Under the pieces are notes generated by a model. The model did no database searches and was not told where the DNA came from. It worked only from the letters and a program-made list of their open reading frames with translations. A stretch of DNA of 64,000 nucleotides. It comes from Podospora anserina (taxonomy: Eukaryota). This document shows positions 1-11,733 of the stretch, piece after piece. A program made the position numbers and the translations under genes. The stretch is from NCBI GenBank assembly GCA_017654855.1, contig CM030334.1, positions 3,100,001-3,164,000 of the forward strand, written 5' to 3'. Position 1 is the stretch's first letter; each line of letters opens with the position of its first letter.

Positions 1-431
1 CATCCATCGGTGAAGTGACCGAAGAGCAAAGAGATGAAAACGGCACAAGCTCCAGCTTCAGGAGAAGTCCACTGCGGGGCTCGCCTTGGCGGGCCGCTGC
101 AGCGGGGTCGGGACAGTTCCACATCCAGGTCAGGGTTATAGCGGGGACTTTCGAGACACAGGGTTATGCACCAGTCCCTTGCAAAGTGAGGCTCCAAATC
201 GCCAACCCGAGTCCCACCTTGGCTTCGTTCCCCAATCTGGAAACGACGTCAGCGCCCACCCGCCAACCGCGACACGTACGACGACGACGACAACGACTCA
301 ACTATCACCACCCCTTTACCCCAACTTTAGCACATCCATCGCTCACCCATAACACCGGCGGGAGGGGGGCGACACTGTCCACTCAATCCACCACCAATCT
401 CCTCCCAACCTCAGCGCAAACCACCACCAAA

Positions 432-1222
432 ATGGAAACCTTCCGCTCCCTCTTCACCAAACCCGACCCTCAAGCACAGGTATGTGTTTTACCCCTTTTA
501 TTGCCCTCCTGTCCAACCGCCCTTCCCCCATTCCCCTTCCCAGTATCTAACTCCCCTCTCAGGTGCGCAAATGCAACGCCCTCCTCCGCCAAAACATCCG
601 CCGCATCGACCGCGACATCCTCAACGCCCGCGCAATCGAAACCAAAACCAAAAACCTCATCCTCGCAGCCGACAAACGCGCCCAACGCCTCGGCCCAAAC
701 CACCAGCAAACCAAGCAAGCCCAGCGCGAAATCCGCGACTTCGCCCGCGAGCTCGTCAAGCGCCGCAAGGAGACCAACCGTCTCCACACCTTCAAAGCCC
801 AGCTCACCTCCGTCCAAATGCAAGTCAATGAAGCATTCGCCCTCCGCAAGATAGAAGGGAGCATCAAAGCCAGCGTCGGCATCATGAAGGACGTCAACAC
901 CTTGATTCGCCTGCCCGAGCTGGCGGGGACGATGCAGGAGTTGAGTGTGGAGTTGATGAAGGCGGGGATTATAGAGGAGATGGTCGGGGATGCGCTGCCC
1001 GAGACGGAGGTGTATGAAGAAGAGGAGGAGGAGGCTGAGGAGGAGGTGGAGAAGGTGTTGGGTGAGATCTTGAAGGATAGGATGGACAAGACGGGTGCGC
1101 TGCCTAGTGCGCCGCTGCCGCAGAAGCAAAAGCAGCAGCAACAGGTGGAGGAGGATGAGGAGGAGGATACAGAGGCCATGATGGACCAGATGAGGAATCG
1201 GTTGGAGGCGTTGAGGAGTTGA
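432..1222 (+). CDS. VPS24: ESCRT-III subunit Vps24/CHMP3 (Snf7 family); exons 432-479, 563-1222; 235 aa
   Basis: METFRSLFTKPDPQAQ|VRKCNALLRQNIRRIDRDI...IMKDVNTLIRLPELAGTMQELSVELMKAGIIEEMV...MRNRLEALRS; intron GTATGT..CTAAC..CAG at 480-562 keeps frame. Confidence 0.93.
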
Positions 1223-1836
1223 TCTGTGGTCACAGGGCCAAGGCGGTGGAGGAGAGGGTGACAAGGCATCAAAATGCATGGAATGTGTGCGGGTGGGGAG
1301 CTCTTGATTTATGTCTCAACATGGGAAATGGGTTAATGTCTGGCGTTGTAGGTGTTATGGTTCATTGGCAGAGATGGCTGCTTTGCGGTCTTGTCTACAT
1401 ACAGTTTGTTATCCGAGTACATTTCTGGATCTGCCTGTCTTTGTGAAGTAGAATAAGAGAAACGACACAGGAACCCAAGGTCGGCTGAATTACTCATATA
1501 GCCCCCAGGTTCTGTCACTCGGAGATTCATGTACCTTACGAGCGCACATTGAACATGATGAGAGCCAACCAATTCTAGTACTGTCGGAAACAACGGCCAA
1601 AGCAAGCATTTCACAACCCCTTGCATCGGAGTAAATTCGCTAATCATGATTATACAATTAAGCCAAACACTTAAAAAGGCGGCAGTATCAATCTGTGCCT
1701 GCATGTATGCACCGCAAGGAAATCTGAGCCCTACCCATCCACCCATGCCGAACCGCCCAAATAAATATCGTATCAAGTTTCCGCTAGCAAGACCCATTAA
1801 CAACCCCATGACTCCTAATCCCAAAGAATGTACTGT

Positions 1837-3565
1837 TTAAAGAACGTCCTCCTCCATCGCAGCATCACCACCGGCAGCTGGGGCCGCGGCAGCGTTGGCG
1901 GCGGCAGGCTCAGTGGCACCGCTGTCAAAGTAGTCAGCCATCTCAGAGTCAAGCTCCTCGGCAGTCTTCTTGGCTGGGCGGTTGTTGCGGCCCTTGCGAG
2001 GAGCCTTCTTGGCGCCAGCCTTGCCAGCAGCGGGAGCACCCTTGGCGCCATTGGCACCATGCTTGACAGTGGCGGCAGACTTGGGTTGAGCCTTGGGCTG
2101 CGCAATACGCTGAGCCAGAGTCTTGGGCTGGGGAATGAGATCGGCAGAAGCAACGATCACCTCGACCTGGAGAGAGTTAGACTGTGCTGATTGTTGCATG
2201 CCATTCCAAAGTTAAAACATACCTTGACCGGGCGATTGTCAATGAGAAGACCATTGAGAGTGGAGAAAGCTTTGCTGGCTCCATCGGCGTGGTGGAAAGT
2301 GACGTGGGCGAGACCACGGCTGACACCCCCGGGGCCGTAGGAGATCTCGACCTTCTTGACCTGACCAACAGCTTGCTGGAAGTATTCCTATCGTGGGAGA
2401 TTCGGTGGTTAGCGTCAAGCAAAATGTAAGTTCGAGCATCCGTAGCGACTAGTCTCAAATCCCAAAGACCAGCGTCCTTGAAGAGCCATCGTATAGCGAG
2501 AGTTCGTTTCGAAAGCGTAACCAAAAATAGCGAGCAGAGCAGTGAGCAACATCCCCCAACAAGCATCACCAGCGACTGGAAGGTGTGAAAAATCCGACAT
2601 CCACTGAAACCGTTCGTCCGACCTCGTGCTCCCGTGCGCAGAGCCTCATCTTCGATAGATGACAGTGTATGACGTATCCCACCCGTACCCCTATCCGACA
2701 GACAGGAGAAAAATATGCCTAATCCAAAGAAAAGGAACCTGCCTCGCTGGCAACTCCAGCAACCAACAGACACGAGCCCCAGCCTGATGGATTCACCCAG
2801 CTATGACTTGGGGGAGGACGTGTCGTTGTGTTTTCTACAGCTCACTGCTAAGCTCGCTCAAAACGCCATCATCAATCTGGTGACCAGCCAGACGAGATTG
2901 TGCGATATTCACCCAGCTCGGCGTGCTGTCTGACATATTGCCGGTGCCCTTTGTGGTTGTCTACGCAGTCGTCCCGAACCGTGGGTGCTTGCCAGGCAGC
3001 CCAAGCTGGTTGGAAGGTGCAGTGAGACGCGGGCTTGCTCAACTTCCGGTGGTTTGACAGCAGTATCGTGCGGGGCGCACTTGCGTGTCAGGAAGGAGAC
3101 TAGGCATCAAGACAGTCGCTTGCAAGCGCTGAAGGTGTCAAATGACCACCGTAAAAGGTCCACCGAGGACTGGACGTGGGTAGATATCCCGCGGGAATGA
3201 AGTGTGTCGACAAAATCCGAAGGCGTGAAGAGCCTCACTGGTAGTAACATACCTTGATCTGCGCTTCGGAAACATCCTTGGGCTACGCAAAAGTTAGCAA
3301 ACGGGTCCATACAGCAAACAAAGAGATGGGGTGTGTGACATACCAGGTTGCTGACCATGATCTTGCTCTCACCGGTCAAACCGGCACCTTTGCCGGAAGC
3401 AGGCTTGGATGCAGTCCGGGCAGGCTTGGTGGTTTTCTGGATGCCACCGGCGGGGGCAGCGGCAGGCTTGGCGCCAACAGAGCGACGCTGGGAGCGGCGA
3501 CGGCCCTGGCTATTCTTGCGCTGGCTGGAGAGGATCTCATCCAGAGACTGATCGAGTTTGCCCAT
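1837..3565 (-). CDS. YRA1: mRNA export adaptor Yra1/ALYREF (RRM); exons 3565-3344, 3282-3253, 2387-2223, 2166-1837; 248 aa
   Basis: N-box MGKLDQSLDEIL, RRM KIMVSNL|PKDVSEAQIK|EYFQQAVGQVKKVEISYGPGGVSRGLAHVTF, C-box KKTAEELDSEMADYF; three GTATGT..CTAAC..YAG introns, all phase 0. Confidence 0.93.
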
Positions 3566-4643
3566 GATGACGGTGGGAAGTGAAAGATGTAAAAGATTGA
3601 GTGTGTTAAAGTGGTTGGTCGAGAGTGAGAACTGCCGTCGTGGTTTATGACAAGCAGTACGTTGACTGGTATGAGAGATGGCAGGCGCGAAGTGGTCGGG
3701 CGATGAAGAAGGAGGTCGCCTGATTAAAATAATCGCGAGAGTTGGCTAGGAGGTGACTGCAAGTCGCGTGTGTTTGGCGGCGACTGCAGGCAAAAAAGAG
3801 GGCAGAAATGAAGTTGGATTCCGAAGCGATTTAATGGCAAGTCGGAAAGGGAGAATGGCAACGATATTGGGTTGCAGGCCTGGCCAAGGTGAAATGAAGG
3901 ATGGCGATGGGCAGGGTGCAGGCTGGGTTGTTGGCTGATGGAGAAGGAGAGAGCAGAAGGGAAACGGAGTCGCGCGCGAGAATTTGAGGGTGGCACCTGG
4001 GGGGGGGCTTGACCGACCAGCGACGCTTTGCAGCACGGAGGAGCCAGGCACGCCGGACGCAGCGGGCCAGTGAGGTGGCGTGTACAGCCCCCACTACTGC
4101 ACTAACTGGGACTAGTCATATCTCAGCCACAGCCTGATTACTCCTTGTACCTGTACAAACACCTTCAGCCTGTTCATCTCGTCATCTGGTCACAGCTGCC
4201 ATGCCAGGCCCAAGACGATGTGGGCAACGTTCATATATAACAGGAGTGAGAACTCCAACACGGTTTCTTGTTCCTATTATATGGTATGAGAAAAGACAAG
4301 ACAAAGTTGAATCCACCTCAGACCACCAGACCAATTCTCAGTCCTTCCTTCATGTATGAATTGGCTTTCGCCATAAAATCCATGGTGCTTAGCCGTGGCT
4401 CTCTATTCCTTTTCGCCCAACAAACTCAGAATCGCCACCTGACCTGCCCGTGTCCTGCTGTTCGGTATACTTTGGAACCCTTCTGTGACACTCCCCAAGC
4501 AACCCTTTCCCTGCATGCGTAGCTCTAGGTAGCTGTCCATCTCCCGTGGATAGGAAATCGAAGGCGACATGGGTGCACTCGTAGAAAACTGTCGGAAACC
4601 TCCCGTACTATTGTACAATACCAGCCATATCCTCTATCCATCT

Positions 4644-4790
4644 TCATTTCAGTTTGCTGGCCGGACCCTTTGCGTTTACTGGCGGCTGATCTTTGGCATT
4701 GACCTCGAAGAAATGGTAGATGATAATCAGAACCATGGCTGCCGAGCCAAGGAAGATGGCAAGGCTGTAAAGCTCGCTGTCGGTAATCAT
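4644..4790 (-). CDS. OST4: Oligosaccharyltransferase small subunit Ost4, 48 aa (below ORF-track cutoff)
   Basis: Hand translation MITDSELYSLAIFLGSAAMVLIIIYHFFEVNAKDQPPVNAKGPASKLK*; matches the Ost4 pattern MI(S/T)DxxL..LAI.LG...M.LI.IYH with a single TM helix. Confidence 0.9.
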   Translation of the reverse strand: MITDSELYSLAIFLGSAAMVLIIIYHFFEVNAKDQPPVNAKGPASKLK

Positions 4791-5430
4791 GATCGCGGTG
4801 GAGTGGACGTAGGTGGACGTCGGCCTGTCGTGTAGTTGAGGTTTGGGAACAGTATGGAGCTAAACGCGCAGTGGGCTTCTAGTCAATCAGTTTGGTTTGT
4901 ACAAGAGAAATGAACCCGTGGATAGGATATGTAGCCCCATACCTGTAGCGTGCCTTGTTTGCGCAAACCTCTAATGCTGTGGAGAGTTGATAGATGGAGT
5001 TGATGTTGGTGCCAAAGTTGGCGATCTGGACAGCTTTCACGCCCCAGCCAGTCTCGAAGCCACCTGGAAGCTCGCTCCTGGTCGCCGATGTACAGGTACC
5101 CGCGGTCTCTAGCAGGGATGGGGGGAGCAGCTCGTCACGTGCGCAGGCTGCTCAGACGTCAGGGCTGTGCGCACTGGCCAAGTGGGTCATTCAAGTCCCG
5201 CCCCCATTCAAGAAACTCCAACCCACCTCGCTGGACATGCACTGAAAGATCCCCCGCCTGGAAACTTCGAAACTGGAATTTGGCCCGCTCAGCAAAAAAT
5301 TGACTGGCACCGCGCAGCAGACGTATATCGCCAGACCGAGCAAACTCACACTTACGCCGTCGACTCGGCACATTTCCTACAGCCATATAAAACGTCAATC
5401 TGGCAGTTTCGAGTTAGTACATCGCCCATC

Positions 5431-6547
5431 ATGCCTCCGAAGAAGGATCAGAAGGGCGGCGGGAAGAAGGTGGACGCCAAGAAGATTGTCGAGGACAAGA
5501 CCTTTGGCATGAAGAACAAGAAGGGTTCTGCCGCTCAGAAGACGATTGCCCATCTCCAGTCGTCCATGAGATCAGCTGGTAGTGCTGAGCAGAAGAAGAA
5601 GGAGGCCGAGAAGGCTGCCCGTGAGCGTGAGAAGAAGGCCGCCGAGGACGCGAAGAGGGAGGCCGAGCTGCTCCTCAATAAGCCAGCCCAGATTCAAAAG
5701 GTTCCTTTTGGTGTCGATCCCAAGACGGTGCTGTGCATTTTCTTCAAGAAGGGCAACTGTGAAAAGGGCAAGAAGTGCAAGTTCTCGCACGACCTAGAGG
5801 TGGAACGAAAGGTGGAAAAGAAGAATCTATACACCGATACTAGAGAAGATGAGGACAAGAAGAAGCAGGAAACATCGGCCGACTGGGACGAAGAGAAGCT
5901 TCGTTCCGTCGTTTTGTCAAAGAAGGGCAACCAGCGCACCACCACCGACAAGGTGTGCAAGTTCTTCATTTCAGCCATCGAGGACGGCAAGTACGGTTGG
6001 TTCTGGGTCTGCCCGAACGGCGGTGACAAGTGCATGTACAAGCATGCCCTTCCACCTGGGTAAGTGTCTCTGGTTATGTTGACCTATTGCAAATCTGCTA
6101 ACACATCCTAGATTCGTCCTTAAGACCAAGGAGCAGCGTGCGGCGGAAAAGGCTTTGCTCGACAAGTCGCCACTCAAGACGCTCACCATCGAAGAGTTCC
6201 TCGAGTCCGAAAGACACAAGCTCACCGGCACCCTCACACCTGTCACCCCCGAGACGTTCGCCAAATGGAAGAAGGAGCGCTTGGACAAGAAGGCGGCCGA
6301 GGAGGCTCTCAGGAAGGCCAAGGAAGCCACTGGTCGTGCGCTGTTCGAAAGTGGCAACTGGCGGACAATGGACGACGACGACGAGCCAGAAGAAGACGAT
6401 GCTGCATGGAACTTGGAGAAGCTCCGCCAGGAGACGGAGGCGCTCAGGATCAAGAAGGAAGAGGAACGGTTGGCTCAACTCCACGGCATCCCCTTGCCGG
6501 CAACAGAGGCGACTGCGGAGGCTGGGCCATCAGAGCCTGGCACTTGA
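5431..6547 (+). CDS. TMA46: Translation machinery-associated protein Tma46/ZC3H15 (two CCCH fingers, DFRP domain); exons 5431-6059, 6112-6547; 354 aa
   Basis: [79 protein letters not shown]; intron GTAAGT..GCTAAC..TAG. Confidence 0.93.
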
Positions 6548-7021
6548 AATTAAGCAAACCAAACGATCAAATACAACGTCGCGCCGCCGTTCGAGGGCGA
6601 GTGGAGCCCAAAAAGAGAAGCTCCTTTCCCTCGGCGGCAACAGCGCCGTGCCATTCGCATGTCACTTGTATAACGTACTGGGAGAAAGTCTGGCAGGTTT
6701 TGAAGAGATTGGTAATTCAGTGGGATCAGGGGAAGATTGGCTGGCTGGGCGTTTGGGGACATCTTTATCTACCTACTTTTACACGTAGCACACAGATTGG
6801 GCATGCCTTGGGCGAGGTCAACACTGGGCGTATACAGTCTCTGTTTCCCTCCGCGTTTGACGAGGCTGGCATGATGAACACTGACCTTTTCCAGTAGTAG
6901 CGTGTAACCAGGCTGGTTATGATTTGAATGATATATTCCGCATATCGCAACAGCAACATCACGCTTTTCCCATATCAGAACATGGACTAGACCCCTATTT
7001 CGCTTCATGGCATTACAGTCC

Positions 7022-7824
7022 TTAAAACTTCTCCACATACGGCCTCAAATCCAACTCTTGCGTAAACGCAGACCTATGCTGCGTGTGCAAATGCCAGTAA
7101 CTCTCCGCAATCTAATTTTCCCTGTGTCAGCAACGCCCCTATATATCCCCATTCACCCAAAGTCAGGACTTACAGCATCACTATTGATCTTCCCATCCTC
7201 CACGCCCCCGTTCGCCTCCCACTGTTTGGTACGAGGGATGTCAATCACCCCGTCAACGATAACATGCGCCACGTGCACCCCCTGAGGACCAAACTCTCTC
7301 GCCAAGCTTTGGGTCAACGCCCTAGCAGCAAACTTCCCTGCCGCAAAGGTAGCGAACTTGGGGGAACCCCTCACAGAAGCGGTAGCTCCGGTCACGATGA
7401 GAGAAGGGGGGTGAGGAGGGGAGGCAGAGACGGAGGAGAGCAAAAGGGGGAGGGTCTGCTGCGCAAAGTTGAAGAGGCCGACCGCGTTGGAGGAGAGGGA
7501 GGCGGAGAGGTCGGTGGGGGTGAGGGAGAGGAAGGGTTTGACTGCGAAGCCGGCGCCGACGTTGTAGATTGCCGCGGCGAGGTGGGCGTCTTTGTGGTGG
7601 TCTTTGATTGTTTGGAAGGCGGAGGCTAGGGAGGTGGCGTCGGAGGTGTCGGTCGGGATGCCGAGGGCTTGTCCGCCGAGGGAGGTGATTTCGGTGACGA
7701 TGGGGTCGTAGGATTGGGGGGTGCGGGCTAGGAGGATGACGGGGTAGGATTTGGCGAAGCGGAGGGCTAGTGAGCGGCCTGTTCCTGCGCCTACGCCGGC
7801 GATGATGGTGTAGAATTTGGACAT
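7022..7824 (-). CDS. Short-chain dehydrogenase/reductase; exons 7824-7174, 7111-7022; 246 aa
   Basis: Rossmann IIAGVGAGTG, YNVGAG, FAAGKFAARALTQSLAREFGPQGVHVAHVIVDGVID; spliced end IAESYWHLHTQHRSAFTQELDLRPYVEKF*. Confidence 0.88.
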
Positions 7825-8794
7825 GGTGAAGGGTTTGGGGGGGGGAGTTGTTGTTGTGTAGGGGAGGTGAGTTTGGTGGGATGGGAACAGTATATGATTG
7901 GCAGAGTTGTGAGATGAGATGCTGTCGAGGTGAAGGGTAGATATCTGAAAGGATTGGTGAAATGGTTGATTATATATATGCTCAATGATGTGCTCGATTG
8001 CTTCAATGAGATGAACGATGAACCCCGCCTTGTATGTCTCTTGCTGATTAATGACGAGCTCGACGTCGGTGATTCGAAAGCCGATGAGTGAGCTCGTCTG
8101 GTAACGAATTACTGATCAACTTGTTGTTACGCTACTTTTTGTCTCCTTGTATTGTCCCGACCATCGAATGGGTGATGCAGGATCTGTGAGTCTATGTTGT
8201 ATGACTTACCTGTAAAAACAAGTTGGTGTTGGTGTGAGTGCCGGGTAGCTCCTATGGGTCAGGGTAATGAATTGGTCCCGAATGCCCTTTCCTCGTTGTA
8301 GGTCACACCTAGGTCACAAGGGCAATTAAAGTTTCCAATGCAGAAAAAGATCATAGATTACACTGGATTTATGTTCTTGAGTCTCGGTACATCAAACGGA
8401 TCTCGTCAATTTCAGCATGTTGTTTGCTCTCTATTTTCACTTATACGGCAACCCTAACCCGGAAGCTATGGTCTGTGCCCCCAAAATCCCTCCAATCTGC
8501 CCTTCAACCCTGTAATTAACGACTACACTCGTGTCTTGCGAATTCTGATTGCTCCCATTAATCTAACTTCTTTCGATCTCAATTTTTTTTTTCATTTCAG
8601 CGTCTTGCTCCAGTCTCATGAACTCATAAGATTTTTACAGTATTTTCTCTCCGCGCTACGTTGCACATGAATTAATCTTCATTTCACACGCTGCTCATGC
8701 CACAGGTAGCTTAACGCGACTCACAACAGCAACCGCGCAGAACACGTGGAATTAATTAAAACCCCGGCAATTTCACCAGCAACATTTTCTGGTC

Positions 8795-10273
8795 ATGCCT
8801 TGGGATCCGGAATGGGAGGCGGAAGGAGCTGCCGGTAATTCAGCATCACGCAGTGTTTCGGCCGACCAGGGTTATGAGCATGAAAATGGCGAGGGGAGGG
8901 AGGAGGATGATGATGATGATGGAGAGGAGGAAACCAACGGCCGTCGCAATAATCACCAACCACGACAAAATGGGCGCACGGGTCATGTGGAAGATTCTCA
9001 GGACGAACAAGAAGAAGAGGAAGAGGAGTGGGACAGGGATCAAATGGACGTCGACGATGAACTACCTGAAGAACACCAACTATTGGACCTCACACCACAA
9101 CAAGATTCCGACACCACCCCAAGACCAAAGCAAAGAGTCTTTGGACTAGCAGTACCGATATCCGAGCGATTTCAAGTGGTTCTTCACTCTAGTCCCAAGA
9201 AAGTGGCCTACACAGTGATAACACAGGAGGAGCTGTCCGCAGACGAACTCGTCACCTCAGATGTTCTCCCTAGTTTGAGACCTCATGGTTTTTACGGGAC
9301 CGGTCAGCAAACACTCAAATCATCAAAAGTTAATGAGATTGAGCGTTCGGCCTCAAATACCTCGGAGCCGACAGACGACACAGCGCAATCTAAGAAGCAG
9401 CGCGGCAGACCAAGAGGCTGGAGGCCAGGACAAGCATACTCGACATCAACGCCAGGATCAACAACGTCTAAGAAGGTCAAGAAATCCGTTGGGCGACCAT
9501 TAGGATCAGGGAAAGCTGGCAGGCCATCAGGGAAGCTCAAGCCTGACGGGGAGTCTCGAGGGAGACCAGGGCGGAAGCCAGCCCAGACCGCACGGGACCA
9601 GTACAAGAAACTCAATCCGAGATTTCCCGTCTTTATATGTGAATGGGAGGGCTGCCCAGCCCAGCTTCACAATCTGGAAACTCTTCGCAAGCATATTTTC
9701 ATTGTTCACGGCCAGCCAGAGGTTTCACCGGCGCCTTCATCCTCTTCATCAGCAGTAGCAAGACCAGACGAAAAGCACAGCGATGACGGCCTGATAGTCT
9801 GCAAATGGGCGAAATGCATTTCCTCGCCAACCCCCCGATTTCAAGATGATTTTCGCACCCACGTCGAAGAAGTCCATCTTGTACCGTTTGCCTGGCACTG
9901 CGGTGACGGACCGCAGAACACCTCTGTCAGCCCCAAGCCTGAAGTCATGCTGCCGGCACTACCGAAATATTTATTCGATGAGGAAGGGCGACAAGTTACA
10001 CCCTCAGTAGCGGATCAACAGCTCGAGACAGATGAGGATAAGAGGAGAAGGGTTTCAAAAATAGCGGCCCTGACTGAGAAGGCTAATGAGAACGCGCCAG
10101 ACGAGCCGGAGTATGATGAGAAGCAGATGGAGCTTATTATCGCCTTTATGGAGAAGAGGAACTTGAGGCAAAGGGAGCTGAAGAAGTATGCGGAGTGGGT
10201 GACGGGGGAGGGTGTTATCTTGCCCGTGGAGGAGAAGGAGGAGAGGGATAAGTGGAGGGGGCGGATGAGATGA
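8795..10273 (+). CDS. Putative nuclear DNA-binding protein with AT-hook-like motifs and C2H2 zinc fingers, 492 aa
   Basis: Long single ORF; RGRPRGW and RGRPGRKP motifs; CEWEGC..LRKHIFIVH and CKWAKC..FRTHVEEVH fingers; acidic N-terminus. Confidence 0.78.
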   Translation: MPWDPEWEAEGAAGNSASRSVSADQGYEHENGEGREEDDDDDGEEETNGRRNNHQPRQNGRTGHVEDSQDEQEEEEEEWDRDQMDVDDELPEEHQLLDLTPQQDSDTTPRPKQRVFGLAVPISERFQVVLHSSPKKVAYTVITQEELSADELVTSDVLPSLRPHGFYGTGQQTLKSSKVNEIERSASNTSEPTDDTAQSKKQRGRPRGWRPGQAYSTSTPGSTTSKKVKKSVGRPLGSGKAGRPSGKLKPDGESRGRPGRKPAQTARDQYKKLNPRFPVFICEWEGCPAQLHNLETLRKHIFIVHGQPEVSPAPSSSSSAVARPDEKHSDDGLIVCKWAKCISSPTPRFQDDFRTHVEEVHLVPFAWHCGDGPQNTSVSPKPEVMLPALPKYLFDEEGRQVTPSVADQQLETDEDKRRRVSKIAALTEKANENAPDEPEYDEKQMELIIAFMEKRNLRQRELKKYAEWVTGEGVILPVEEKEERDKWRGRMR

Positions 10274-11733
10274 GTACTGGACTGTTGAGGCGGGAATTTA
10301 TGCCGATTGCCATGAAAACATAGAGCGGTTATCATTCATGGCGGTTGGTTTTTCATAGCTACTAATCTTTGGCGCTGATGGGGTCCATCATCGCGTTACT
10401 GCGTGTTGGTATGGAGATATTTTGTATATGATAACACACTTAACGGACTGCATAGCATTTTGGCCTAAAAGAGCAAGAAATATCATCACGGTGACATGAC
10501 TCGACCAACGGACCTGGAGTGTGTGAGTGTGACACGCGGCCCCGTTTTAGTGTATTTGTAAGTCAAGCTGTCCAAGTGCCGGACGGGCGGTTTTTGGTTC
10601 GGGTGCGGTGGTCGATCGGGTGGTCCGGAATGCTCCTCGCGTAGATCAGTTGGTAGCTTAAACTCTTGATATGACAGACTCTCTTCCTTGTTTTTGGGGA
10701 GGATGGTGGGGTTATTTCATTCGTATAGGTAAGGCCAACGACAATGCTAAGCAAAAAAATATGCAGTTCAACCAAGGCACCAAAGAGTTTTTTAATTTTT
10801 TTTATTTAAAAAAAAAAAGAAAAAAAAAGGGCGGACTTGTTTCCCAGGGCAACGAGCCATTCATTCCAATCCAGTTGAGCTCTCGGAAATAAGGGGATTT
10901 AATCCGTGTTAGACTCTCTGGTCAAGGTCAACCGGCCCGTTTGGTCCAAAGTGGAAGGCGAGAGTTTGTCAGTGGTTGTCTGGTGTAAGCCAAGGTGGCA
11001 TCTAGAACTTCTGGATATGCACTCTCATCCTGCGGAGGGTTTTTGTGAGATCTCAAGAAAAGGCCGATCCTTGACTTGACTTTTTCATGCTCTGATATTT
11101 TGGTATAATTTTGATACAAATATTACCTGATGTTCTGTGATATAGTTCCCGTGCCAAAGAGCAAAAAAACAAAGTTCGCCCGCTCAGTCGCCACCTGACA
11201 TGGCTGGCTGTTTCTCCGGCCGCTTGGAAGCCCTGGTTGTCAGGGACTGCTTCAATGGTCCACGTAGCACAGCATGCAAATCATAAACTTTTGAGAAAAA
11301 TAATAAATGTTGCCCTCTCAGCTCAACAAAAGAAAAAGAGGCTGAATACCAGGCTCAGGTCAGGCGTGGCTCCGAGGAAGAGCGCTGAGTGGTTGCAATA
11401 ACACAGCCCTGCAACAGGGCACAAGCGGAGAATCCCGTGACTCTTCCCCAGGGCCGCTGTCGCTGAGCTGGGCTTGCTTGGGGCCTGGATCCCTGGAAGC
11501 CGCAGCGGGCGCCGACTGCCCCCCGACTGGCCCCGACTGGCACTCTCTCTGCATCATCTCTAGTGGACGGCCACGCCCACGATCCACACCCCAACATCAT
11601 CCACATCCACTGTCCACGTTCCCCATTCTCTAAACTAAGTGCTGGTCGTCATCCGCCTTCGCCTTTTCAATCCCTCTTTTTTGCAGACCGAACATGGAAC
11701 GAGCCCCATGAGAGCTGCCCCGACGACCGTACC

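Noticed and set aside
15-854. 279-aa ORF overlapping VPS24
   Set aside because: Starts at GTG and is exon 1 read through the intron into the wrong frame; explained by the spliced VPS24 model.
8449-8460. CAACCCTAACCC as a possible telomerase RNA template
   Set aside because: A CDS starts about 335 nt downstream, leaving no room for the roughly 2-kb filamentous-fungal TER; no pseudoknot seen.
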